64,000 nt of DNA from Alphaproteobacteria bacterium (GTDB lineage Bacteria > Pseudomonadota > Alphaproteobacteria > Bin98), in the NCBI GenBank assembly GCA_965261615.1, contig OZ253461.1:313223-377222 (forward strand), written 5' to 3'. The translations under genes were made by a program, and so were the position numbers. The notes beneath the pieces were generated by a model. The model did no database searches. It saw nothing but the letters and a program-made list of their open reading frames with translations, and was not told the DNA's origin. Of this stretch, positions 20,470 to 29,719 are shown piece after piece. How positions within the stretch are numbered: position 1 is the first letter of the stretch; the number at the start of each line of letters is the position of its first letter.

Positions 20470-22047
20470 ATGCAATTGTATTTTTTTATATTATTTAGTT
20501 TAAGCTGCGTGGCGGCGGATGTGGGGCCTTTGCAAGATCAGCAGATATGCCTTGAAAAAGCACAGCAATCCTTAGATGTTTTTGCACCAGTGTCGGCTTT
20601 GATTTTAAAAAGTGATAAGCCTGCGTGTGGTGCAGTAAAGGCTTTATACAGTAAGGTGAAGGAGCTAAAGGCTGTTAGTGGAGAAATTTGGGACCCTTGG
20701 TTTGAACGGTCCGACATTAGTGAGGTGACGGCACTACAGGAAGGGCTCCTTAAAATAGAGGGCGTGGAGTGTTCAGAAAATAACGAGCTCTTTTATCTCC
20801 CAGGACAGCTGCAAGGGTGCAGCATGGATGGTATTTGGGCAGAAATTTTACAGGAAGTCGATTGCGCGCTGTTAGGGGGGCGGAACTCTTTGTCCTGGGA
20901 GTGCTTTTCTATCGCGTCTTTTATGGAGAGCAAAAAAGTGGACGCTCAACACCTAACTCTCTATTTTTTGAAGTGTATAGAAGCCCAACCGAGGTGTGTG
21001 CACTTTTCATGTAAAAGAGTGCTCACAGCTCGGAATTTTGTAACTCAGAATTTTGCAAAAGGTAAAAAAATAGATTTTTTCATTGATCAGATAAAGGGGG
21101 CGACTCATGGCTCTGGTGAATTGTGGGCTCGTTTAAGGAGTTACCAGAGCTATCTACAAAGTATGCAATTTGTGAACTGGTGGAGTTTTATCACTGGTTT
21201 GATTAAGATTGGGGCGCGGTCCCATGGGGACGGCAGTGAAATACTGAGCTCGGTATATGAAACCCTTATGAAACAAGGTGGTGATTTAGGGGAGGCCCTT
21301 GACCACTTGAAGAGCGTGGAGAGCATGGATCTTGAACGAGATGCTAAAGAAGATGCCTCTGATCAGTTGATTAGATGGTTGAGTGGAGCATGTGGCGGAA
21401 TATCTTCTATATGGCAAGGTAGTCGTGTGCGTAATGTAACACAGCATAAACTGAGCAACATAATAAGTAGTATAGATCGATTAAAGGAGAGCAGATCAGA
21501 GGGTTTCTGGAACCTCATGGTGCAGAGTTTACCTCCAAGAGGTCTGGGTCAATGGGAAGTTTTAGATACGGCTGATTTGCAAGAAGGACTGTATAAGAGA
21601 GTGATAGAAGGGGCGGATGCTATAGAGATCATATCGGATATGCTGGATGCAGGCAAAGCAAGTGCAAATCCTGAAGGGAGCGAAAGGGCCGTAAGAAATG
21701 TTACGTCGTATGTTCATTACTTGTCGCTGCATCACTCTGTTGCCAAGCTATTCATCATGTTACGCCAGGTTCCTGGTAAGATGAAAGAGAGTTCGTTGGT
21801 GTCAGGTTTAATTTGGGAAAAAATCAAAAAAAAGGGGCGTATCTTTGATGGGACCCTGATTGCTTACGTAAAGTTTGTAATATTGCAAAAAGAGCTCAGC
21901 GAGGAGTATGCTCAAAAAGAAATTATGGAGGCTTGTGCACTCTTGCGGCAGACAGGTTTTGACAATTCTGCTCGAAGGTTTTTGAATGGTTGGCAAGTTG
22001 CTGAGGCTCAAAGACATCGACTAGATTTTGTTAAACTGAACCTATAG
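20470..22047 (+). CDS. Secreted family protein (525 aa), 609-type
   Basis: RBS GAGGAA. Signal 'FSLSCVAADV'. 'PACGAVKALYSKV', 'FVNWWSFITGLIKIG', 'FWNLMVQSLP' and C-module. Confidence 0.85.
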   Translation: MQLYFFILFSLSCVAADVGPLQDQQICLEKAQQSLDVFAPVSALILKSDKPACGAVKALYSKVKELKAVSGEIWDPWFERSDISEVTALQEGLLKIEGVECSENNELFYLPGQLQGCSMDGIWAEILQEVDCALLGGRNSLSWECFSIASFMESKKVDAQHLTLYFLKCIEAQPRCVHFSCKRVLTARNFVTQNFAKGKKIDFFIDQIKGATHGSGELWARLRSYQSYLQSMQFVNWWSFITGLIKIGARSHGDGSEILSSVYETLMKQGGDLGEALDHLKSVESMDLERDAKEDASDQLIRWLSGACGGISSIWQGSRVRNVTQHKLSNIISSIDRLKESRSEGFWNLMVQSLPPRGLGQWEVLDTADLQEGLYKRVIEGADAIEIISDMLDAGKASANPEGSERAVRNVTSYVHYLSLHHSVAKLFIMLRQVPGKMKESSLVSGLIWEKIKKKGRIFDGTLIAYVKFVILQKELSEEYAQKEIMEACALLRQTGFDNSARRFLNGWQVAEAQRHRLDFVKLNL

Positions 22048-22220
22048 AGCATATGAGTGAGCGTGTGTTGAGCTTATCGTGAATGATACGATGTCCGAAT
22101 CTTCTGGTCGTTTCTCGTGTAATTGGGTGCTGAACGGTGTTGGGGCAATTAATTTTATTTAATAATTGTGTGGATTGAATTTTTGCGCTAGCATGGTCTA
22201 AAAGGACAATTCAGTTTAGT

Positions 22221-22547
22221 ATGAAGTTGATGTTTTTAATGGCTTTGGGGTTTAGTGGTGTTGCAGCAGAATTGTCGGAAGAAGACGTGAGCATGCGTAT
22301 TGAGCGGGCTTTGGATCTGTTTGCACCAATAGCAAAGTTTGTGTCAGGCATTGACAAGCCAGCCTCTCAAGCGGTAGTGGCCTTTTGCGAGAGAGAAAGT
22401 GCAAACTCCTCAAAGGAGCGAGTCAGATGCTGGAGAGAATCAAGTGAAATAAACCACTTACAAGAATTACTGCCTTGTTTACTTAACCTGAACACAGCTT
22501 CAGCTGGACGTAATCCAGGCTTTGATTTTCCTGAGTTGGTAGTTTAA
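22221..22547 (+). pseudogene. Truncated 5' fragment (108 aa) of an 855-type gene
   Basis: Upstream promoter and leader copy (22150–22220) and the first about 100 codons are homologous to the 24899 and 34147 genes. Ends right after the 'GFDFPELVV' motif, where the full-length genes continue for a further roughly 750 aa. The -10 is degenerated to TAGCAT. Confidence 0.7.
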
Positions 22548-22584
22548 ATTTTGGTGGATTTTTGGGATGAAAAGAGAGTTAATT

Positions 22585-24701
22585 ATGTTTATGAAAATGC
22601 TAATGGTTGTAAGCTGGAGCTGCTTGGCGTTGGATCTGGTGCAGAACCCGCACGCTGGCGTAGTGATGAAAGCGGAAGGTTTTTCTATTTCTAAGGCGGA
22701 ATATGCCTCTCTTGTGGCTCACGCAAGTAGTATGGGTTCTGCGAGTGAGAGGGCTGTAAGCTTGTACAATCAAGTGTGCGCGCAGTGGAAGGAGCGCCTA
22801 GGGTCTTCTGAGCCACTTCAGCCTGTGGTGGCCTCGCAAAAGCAAGAGAAAATAATAGATGTCGGGCTTTCACTGCAAAGCAGGGCGGCGGACTATTTGT
22901 TTCGCAGCAGACATCAAATGGCAGTGTTGAGAGTGTGGTTTGGTTTAGCGTCTTTGCCTCGGGGCGTTGTTGATGAGACGGTGGAAGAGTTAAAGGGTGA
23001 GTTGCTGAAGAGCCTGCCAAAAATGATGATTTGCTAGAGTGCATACGTAAGTATAAGGAGGGAGATTTGGTTATTTCGGATCAACTGGTGTGTGCGGGTA
23101 TGCATGCGATAAATGCGGGGCTATACCTTCAAGGGTTAGAAGAGTGTGACCAAGACTTTTTTGAATTTTTGATGCAGTGTGAGAAAACCTATGTTGAGAG
23201 GTTGGAGACAAGTGTGGGGTTGTTTCAGCATTTTTTTCAAATAACTGCACAAGCGGACACGCCTCTTTTTAAGTCTATACAAAATGCTCAGTTGCGATAT
23301 CATGCCTTGGCGGCTAAGCACGGTCGGAGCGTGCTGCCGTGCTGTAAGCATATAGAAAGAGTCAGTGATTTAGTGAGCAAACTGAAAGCCTTGAAACGCA
23401 GCTTTGATGGGCATAAACAAGATGCGCAGTTTGTAACGTTATATACAGGCTGTGATATAGAGCAGTTTTGGGCAGAGGTCTTGCGTTATGTTCTCCACAA
23501 TGGTGAAGAAATGGTTGCGTCACCTAAGAGCACGGCAGGTTTGGTAAGCTTCCTAGAGAGCGTTGGTGTAGCGCCGTCTAATATAGCGGAACTTTGTGCG
23601 TGTGTTACAGGGCGTGAAGCCGTTAATGCAGGTGACTGTAAGGGTGTTGATAAGACCGCAACATACTATAAGTTTGTTACCGGACAAGAAATAGGTAGAT
23701 TTTTGAACCTTTTGTTGAATTGCTCGTGTCTCTGCCCAAACAATCCTGAAGATCATATTTTGAAATACATGGATTTTTTACAGAGGCAAGGGGGCGTTAA
23801 CTGGTGGAGTGTTTTGTCCGGTTTGATGGAAGCTGGCTGTCAATATGGACAAAAGGGCGACCAGTATTTGGATAGAGCATGGGGCAAGCTTATGAGCGAT
23901 AGGTTTGACTTAATCAACGTATGTCAGTACCTTTGTGAGATGAAGGAGAGGCTATCTTCCTTACCGCAGTCTCAGGATAGATTGGCACAGATTGTGACTA
24001 ACAGGCTTAATCGTCGATTAGGCCCAGGCAGGATCTGGGATCAGGATTGCGGGATGAATTGGCTATTTGGCAAGATTAATGGAGCTCTCCATGCGCTGCA
24101 AGGCTATAGTGCACCAGGCATTAGGATTGAAGGTGTTGATGTAGTTAATGTTGGGAACATGCTTTCTTTAATGGAGAGCATGATGCAGGAGCGGGGCCTG
24201 GATTTTTTACAGTTAATTGTGCAGTGTTTGCCCGAAAAGAACACTTCAGGTGTGATGCAAGGTACAGAGAGACTGAAAGAGGACTCTCTATACCGAAGTC
24301 TGCTAGAAGGTCGTGATACCCTGAGTTTTTTGACGAAAATTGTGGCTTGCAAAAGCCAATCGAAACAAAAAGCGTGTAATGTTTTAGTCTCGTATTTGCA
24401 AAATTTAGGCTTTAAGGTTGTACCATCTAGTACGTTAGGGTCGCTAATGGCAGTTATATCTGCGCAGAAGCCGCAAAGTGGTGAGCATGCTCCGATAAAA
24501 CTGGATCAAGTGTGGGATATGATAAAAGAAAGCGAACAGTGGTTTGCAAAAGATGAACAATCTAAAGCAACAAATTATAGGTTCCTTTCAGATGGCAGGC
24601 TGTACTTTAGCTGGGAGTCTGATCTAGAAGTATCGCACAGGGCATCACAGGCAGGAGAGCTGCAAAAGTTCGGGCTCAGCATGACGTTGTTGGCCGAGTA
24701 A
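22585..24701 (+). pseudogene. 720-type family gene disrupted by a -1 frameshift at an A5 tract (23019–23023); splits into ORFs 22567–23037 and 23031–24701
   Basis: Both ORFs align contiguously to the 27498 gene. The 18341 paralog reads 'ccc aaa aac gat gat' (KNDD) here, whereas this copy reads 'cca aaa atg atg att tgc tag'. Restoring one base gives 'LPKNDDLLECIRKYKEGD' in frame. Confidence 0.75.
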
Positions 24702-24843
24702 GAGGGGGCGAAGCGGTGCCGTTTTAACGGAAAGTTATGGACTGGGACAGATAGGTTATTCTACCTTTGCGATAAGACCTAAAAAGAGAAAAAACTCTCT
24801 AATTTGTTAATATTGGGGTGGGGGAAATTCATGTATTTAATAA

Positions 24844-24872
24844 TTGCGTGGATTGAATTTTTGCGATAAGAT
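24844..24872 (+). promoter_or_regulatory. Promoter TTGCGT-17-TAAGAT for the 24899 gene
   Basis: Same promoter and leader copied in front of three 855-type genes (22150–22220, 24828–24898, 34073–34146). Spacing is exact in all three; the -10 is degenerate (TAGCAT, 22189–22194) only in the copy before the truncated gene. Confidence 0.5.
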
Positions 24873-24898
24873 GATCTAAAAGGAAAATGCAGTTTAGT

Positions 24899-27460
24899 AT
24901 GAAGTTGATGTTTTTAATGGTTTTGGCGTTTGGTGGTGCCGCAGCAGAGTTGTCGGAAGAAGACTTGAGCGCGCGCATTGAGAGGGCCTTGGATTTTTTT
25001 GCACCAATAGCAAAGTTTGTTTCAGGAATTGACAAGCCAGCCTCTCAAGCGGTAGTGGCTTTTTGTGAGAGAGAAAGTGCAAGATCTTCAAAGGAGTGCG
25101 TTAGGGACTGGAAAGAAGCAAAAGAAATAACCAAGCCGCACGACTTACTGCCTTGGCTATATACTCTGAAAACAGCTTCAGCTGGGCGTAATCCAAGCTT
25201 TAGTCTTCCTGGAGTCCGGATGGGCGTGGATATGGGGGATATTTGGCTGGAGATTTTGGAGAGCATTTGGGATATGCCCGCTAGTTATAAGGCTATTGAT
25301 GGCATGGTGAATATCATGGAAAAGATGGGCGTGAAAAGACCCTATATCGCGGCTTATTGTAATTGTGTTGCCAGCGTTGCGCGTGGCAATTTGCTTGATT
25401 TTGCGCCGGCCAGTCCGGAGGAGGGTACGACGTTTTATAAGACTTGGCAAGGAGAAAACATTGAGGAGCATATCTCAGGTTTGCTGGAGTGTGTGCAGAT
25501 TTCGAAGGTCTATCTGACGTCTGCTTCTATTTTGGGTTATATACGGTTTTTGGACTGGAAAGGTGGGGCTAACTGGTGGGAGGTTTTCCAAGCTTTGCAA
25601 AAAGCAGAAAAAACATTTGAAGGCTGTCATGGCTCTGGATTAAATAGTGATTGGGGGGATTTTTTTAGAGAAGATATCCGCAAGACTTGGCTGAAGTTTT
25701 TTAGAGAGGACAGCAGAGGAGAAGAGAGGTTTCTCAATGAAAGCCTTACGCTTCGGGAGTGTATGGAAGAGTCTAAAAAGGAAGGTTGGGAGTGTCCACA
25801 TTTGGTGATGTGTGCTGCTGCGGACGTGCCGTATGACATTTTAATGGATTTGGCAAAAACAGACCAGGAGCAATATGACTTTTGGCAGCGTTGCCGTAGA
25901 ATTTATGCTGAAAAAGCAGAATCTGCGTTAGTGATTTTTGTGCCAGTGATAAACCGTATTCAGCAGTCGAATTCTAGGGCGTGTAAAGCGCTGCAGTCCT
26001 TATACTTTAAGGCAAGGTCGGTGCGGCCCCCTCAAGAAAAGAACCCTGTGTGGGGTAAAAGCCAACCGGTGATTAACGACATTGGACAATTGCGTACAGG
26101 CTTGCGGGCATTAGAGCTGAATTGTGCGCAACAAGGCATGGAGAGCTTTGAGTGGCCAGGGCGTTTATTTGGAGCTGATATGGGTAAGATATTTTTGGAT
26201 CTTAACTATGATACGCAAACTTTATTTGATGTGATAGAAATAACAAACCTAATGCAAAGGTTGGGAGTGCACCCAGATTTTGTTTTACAATACTGTGTTT
26301 TTTCTGCTTCTGCAGTATGCGAGGCGCCCAAAGGACAATTTTTCCGCACATGGAGCTGGAGAAGTTTGGATTCAGAGGCGACAGCGTATAAGTTTTTCTA
26401 TGGGCAGAATATTGACCAGTTTGTTTCTCAGATTATACTTAACGAGAAGAGTGATGGGTTTATACACTGGCCAATTGCAGATTATTTGAGCAAATACGTA
26501 GCATACTTATCTTGGAAGGGTTCTGTGAACTGGTGGGACTTTCTTTTGGGTCTGTACAAAGGTGGTGCGTCACGAAAAGGAAGGCTTGCGCCGGTCTTTG
26601 TGAGTGTGCGTAACCAGTTGCTAAACGAGGTGGGTGATTGTGATAAAGCGCATAATTATTTGGTAGATGTAATTGGACAGCTGAGAGACCTAAAGCAGGA
26701 AAAGCAGGAAGCGCTAGAAGACCTCTTGGATTGGTTGGTGCGATATCGTGAGGGGGGGGCGTCTGCACTATGGACAGATAAGCGCATGAAAAACGTTAAT
26801 ATGCATATAGTGAGCCAAATGGTGGAGCTCATACACTTCTCCATGCCCGTGGGTACTAAAACGCTAAGCTTTTTTGATTTTGTCGTTCAGAGTTTGCCAA
26901 CAGAGGGTGTGTTGCAGAAAAATGGAGGAGTGCAGCGTCTTCAGGAAGGGACTTACAAAAGGCTGGTGGAAGGAGAAACTGCTATGCCATTTTTGAGCGG
27001 GATGTTGTTAACAGGGAGTCGTTTCGAGGGAGGGCAGGCGCGAGCTGAGAGGAATGCGGTGCATTACATAGGCTATCTAGTACCTAAACTATCGTTAGAG
27101 AAGTTGATGGATATGCTTAAGTCTGTGCCTAGTCTTCAAGAGGGTCAAGAAGTCGTATCATCACTCTTGTGGAATGCAATAAAAGCTAAGAAAGAAAAGA
27201 GAGTGGAGCCGTTACTGCAATATTTGAAGTTCTTACTACAGCAAGAAGGAATGTCTTTGGTTTATGCAGAGAAAGAGATCGATGAAGTTTGTCATGATCT
27301 GCATGCTTTAGGAGGGCAAAGAGTTGCGGAAGCCTTTTTGCGAAATCACTGCAGTGAATGCAGCACTGCAGAGCAGCTGTCTTTACGCACGCGTGCTAAT
27401 AAGATACTGCAGCAGCAGGAGCAAGAGAGTGACCTAACAGAGTGGAGCTTAGTAGTTTAA
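24899..27460 (+). CDS. Secreted family protein (about 853 aa), 855-type
   Basis: Promoter TTGCGT(24844–24849)-17-TAAGAT(24867–24872). Signal MKLMFLMVLAFGGAAA↓E. 'WECPHLVMCAAADVPYD...DFWQRCRR', 'YLSWKGSVNWWDFLLGLYKGG', 'FFDFVVQSLP' and C-module. Near-identical to the 34147 gene. Confidence 0.9.
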   Translation: MKLMFLMVLAFGGAAAELSEEDLSARIERALDFFAPIAKFVSGIDKPASQAVVAFCERESARSSKECVRDWKEAKEITKPHDLLPWLYTLKTASAGRNPSFSLPGVRMGVDMGDIWLEILESIWDMPASYKAIDGMVNIMEKMGVKRPYIAAYCNCVASVARGNLLDFAPASPEEGTTFYKTWQGENIEEHISGLLECVQISKVYLTSASILGYIRFLDWKGGANWWEVFQALQKAEKTFEGCHGSGLNSDWGDFFREDIRKTWLKFFREDSRGEERFLNESLTLRECMEESKKEGWECPHLVMCAAADVPYDILMDLAKTDQEQYDFWQRCRRIYAEKAESALVIFVPVINRIQQSNSRACKALQSLYFKARSVRPPQEKNPVWGKSQPVINDIGQLRTGLRALELNCAQQGMESFEWPGRLFGADMGKIFLDLNYDTQTLFDVIEITNLMQRLGVHPDFVLQYCVFSASAVCEAPKGQFFRTWSWRSLDSEATAYKFFYGQNIDQFVSQIILNEKSDGFIHWPIADYLSKYVAYLSWKGSVNWWDFLLGLYKGGASRKGRLAPVFVSVRNQLLNEVGDCDKAHNYLVDVIGQLRDLKQEKQEALEDLLDWLVRYREGGASALWTDKRMKNVNMHIVSQMVELIHFSMPVGTKTLSFFDFVVQSLPTEGVLQKNGGVQRLQEGTYKRLVEGETAMPFLSGMLLTGSRFEGGQARAERNAVHYIGYLVPKLSLEKLMDMLKSVPSLQEGQEVVSSLLWNAIKAKKEKRVEPLLQYLKFLLQQEGMSLVYAEKEIDEVCHDLHALGGQRVAEAFLRNHCSECSTAEQLSLRTRANKILQQQEQESDLTEWSLVV

Positions 27461-27497
27461 AGTTTGGTGTGTGTTGGGAGTAAGAAGAGGATTGGTT

Positions 27498-29633
27498 ATG
27501 TCTATTATTAAAATGTTAATACTTTTAAGCTGGAGCTGTGTAGCAGCGAGCTTGGAACAGACCTCAAGTGAATGGGGAAATAAAGAGTACGCGAAGCTTG
27601 CGATTGAGTACCATGCCCTGGCCTCAAGGTCTGACTATATGGTGAGGGCAAGTGAAAAGGCAGTAGGCCTGTATAATACTGTGTGTGCGCAGTGGAGGGA
27701 AAAGTTGGGTGACCGGGTGTCTTTTGAGCAGTATCAGCCGGTAGCTGCTGAAGAAAGGCCAGCACCAATAATAGAAAGTGGCCCTACGTTGCAAAGTAGG
27801 ACGGCGGACTATTTGTTTTACAATAAAGATCAGATGTCATTATTAGGCGTATATGTTTGCTTGGACACTGTGGTTGAGAAGTTGGTTGATGAAAATGTGA
27901 CAGCGTTAAAAAATGAATTAATGCAAGTTTGGTCCGATAGTGAAGATCTCTTAGAGTGCATACAACAGTTTCAGCGTGATATAGACTTTAGTTTTTCGGA
28001 TCAACTGGCGTGTGCGTGTGCGCACGTAAAGTCTGCAGGAGGTGCCTTTATGAGCCGATTGCAGATGGCTGATAGAGGGCTTTATGATTTTCTTTGTCGG
28101 GGTGAAAGTGTGTATGTCGAGAGATTAGCAACCAGCCTATCGTTTTTTCAACCATTCTTTCGAATAATTTTCATCGACAGAGACGACAGCCCTCTGTTTT
28201 ATGTTATAAATGAGGCTCGAGCACGATATCGTGAGCTGAACGACTATACTACTACACCGGCAACAAGTTTGCCGGGTAAAATCGAAAACACCTCAGAGCT
28301 AGTGCGCAAACTGACAGCCTTGAAACATAGCTTTGATGAGAATAAACAAGATGTGGAGCTTGTAACGTTATATACAGGCTGTGATATAGAGCAGTTTTGG
28401 GCAGAGGTGTTGCGCTATGTGCTCCATCACGGTGAAAAAATGACCGCGACACCTAAGAGCAGGGCAGATTTGGTAGGCTTCTTAGAGAGCGTCGGTGTAG
28501 CGCCGTCTAATATAGCTGAATTTTGTGCGTGTGTTACAGGACATGGAGCCGCAGAGGCGGGCAGTTTTAAGGATGTGGATAAGACCGCAACATACTATAA
28601 GTTTGCTACTGGACAAGAAATAGGTCGCTTTTTGAACCTTTTGTTGAACTGCGCGTGTCTTTGCGCAAAAAATGGTGAAGACCATATTTTGCAATACATG
28701 AATCTTTTACAGATACAAGGGGGCGTTAACTGGTGGAATGTTTTGTCTGGTTTGCTGGAATCTGGCTGTCAATATGGACAAAAAGGCGACCAGTATTTGG
28801 ATACAGCATGGGGCAAGCTTATGAGCGATAGGTTTGACTTAGTCGGCGTATATCAGCACCTGGTTGATATGAGGACGCAGCTATATTCTCTACCGCAGTC
28901 TCAAGATAGATTGGCAAAGATCGTGACCAACAGGCTGAATCGTCGGTTAGGAATAGGTAAGATCTGGGATCAGGATCGCGGGATGAAGTGGCTATTTGGA
29001 AAGATTAATGGAGCTCTCCACGCGCTGCAAGGCTATAGCGCACCAGGTATTAGGATTGAAGGTGTTGATGTAGTTAATGTTGGGCGCATGCTTTCTATCA
29101 TGGAGAGCATGATGCAGGAGCCAGACCTAGATTTTTTACAGTTAATTGTGAAGTGTTTGCCAGAGGCGCCTGGCTGTATACGAGGCGTGGAGGCTCTGGA
29201 GGAAGGATCTCTATACCGTGGGTTGCTAGAAGGTAGAAGGATTGTGGAGTTTTTGATGAGTATTATGTCTTATAAAGACAAGTCGAGACAGAAGGCGTGT
29301 AATGTCTTGACCGCGTATTTGCAAAACTTAGGTTTTAAGATTTTATCATCGAATGCATTAGAATCGGCAGCGGCCGTTATCTCTGAGCACGCGCCGCAAG
29401 CAAGTGGTCAGCATGCTCAGACTCAGATAAACCTGGAGCAAGTGTGGGATATGATACAAGAAAGCGAACAGTGGCTTGCAAGAGATGAAAACCCTAGAGA
29501 AGTGATTTATAGGTACCATCCAGATGGCCGGCTGTACTTTAGTTGGGAGTCCGCCCGAGAAGCCTCGCACAGGGCGTCGCAGGTAGGAGCGTCGCAAAAG
29601 TTTGGGCGCAAGATGACGTTGTTGGCTGAGTAA
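27498..29633 (+). CDS. Secreted family protein (about 711 aa), 720-type
   Basis: RBS AAGAGGA. Signal MSIIKMLILLSWSCVAAS. N-terminal about 298 aa near-identical to the 36740 gene; C-terminal two-thirds about 85% identical to the 22585 pseudogene. Confidence 0.9.
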   Translation: MSIIKMLILLSWSCVAASLEQTSSEWGNKEYAKLAIEYHALASRSDYMVRASEKAVGLYNTVCAQWREKLGDRVSFEQYQPVAAEERPAPIIESGPTLQSRTADYLFYNKDQMSLLGVYVCLDTVVEKLVDENVTALKNELMQVWSDSEDLLECIQQFQRDIDFSFSDQLACACAHVKSAGGAFMSRLQMADRGLYDFLCRGESVYVERLATSLSFFQPFFRIIFIDRDDSPLFYVINEARARYRELNDYTTTPATSLPGKIENTSELVRKLTALKHSFDENKQDVELVTLYTGCDIEQFWAEVLRYVLHHGEKMTATPKSRADLVGFLESVGVAPSNIAEFCACVTGHGAAEAGSFKDVDKTATYYKFATGQEIGRFLNLLLNCACLCAKNGEDHILQYMNLLQIQGGVNWWNVLSGLLESGCQYGQKGDQYLDTAWGKLMSDRFDLVGVYQHLVDMRTQLYSLPQSQDRLAKIVTNRLNRRLGIGKIWDQDRGMKWLFGKINGALHALQGYSAPGIRIEGVDVVNVGRMLSIMESMMQEPDLDFLQLIVKCLPEAPGCIRGVEALEEGSLYRGLLEGRRIVEFLMSIMSYKDKSRQKACNVLTAYLQNLGFKILSSNALESAAAVISEHAPQASGQHAQTQINLEQVWDMIQESEQWLARDENPREVIYRYHPDGRLYFSWESAREASHRASQVGASQKFGRKMTLLAE

Positions 29634-29719
29634 AAGTTATGTATGGCTAATGTCAAGAAAGTGTGTGCATTGATAGGAGCGTAAAGCACGGTTGTTTTAA
29701 TGGAAGTCGTAGGATTAGT

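Noticed and set aside
22567-24701. Treating 22567–23037 and 23031–24701 as two separate genuine genes.
   Set aside because: Together they align end-to-end with single paralogs (27498, 18341), and the break coincides with a 1-nt difference in an A-run. It is therefore one frameshifted gene.
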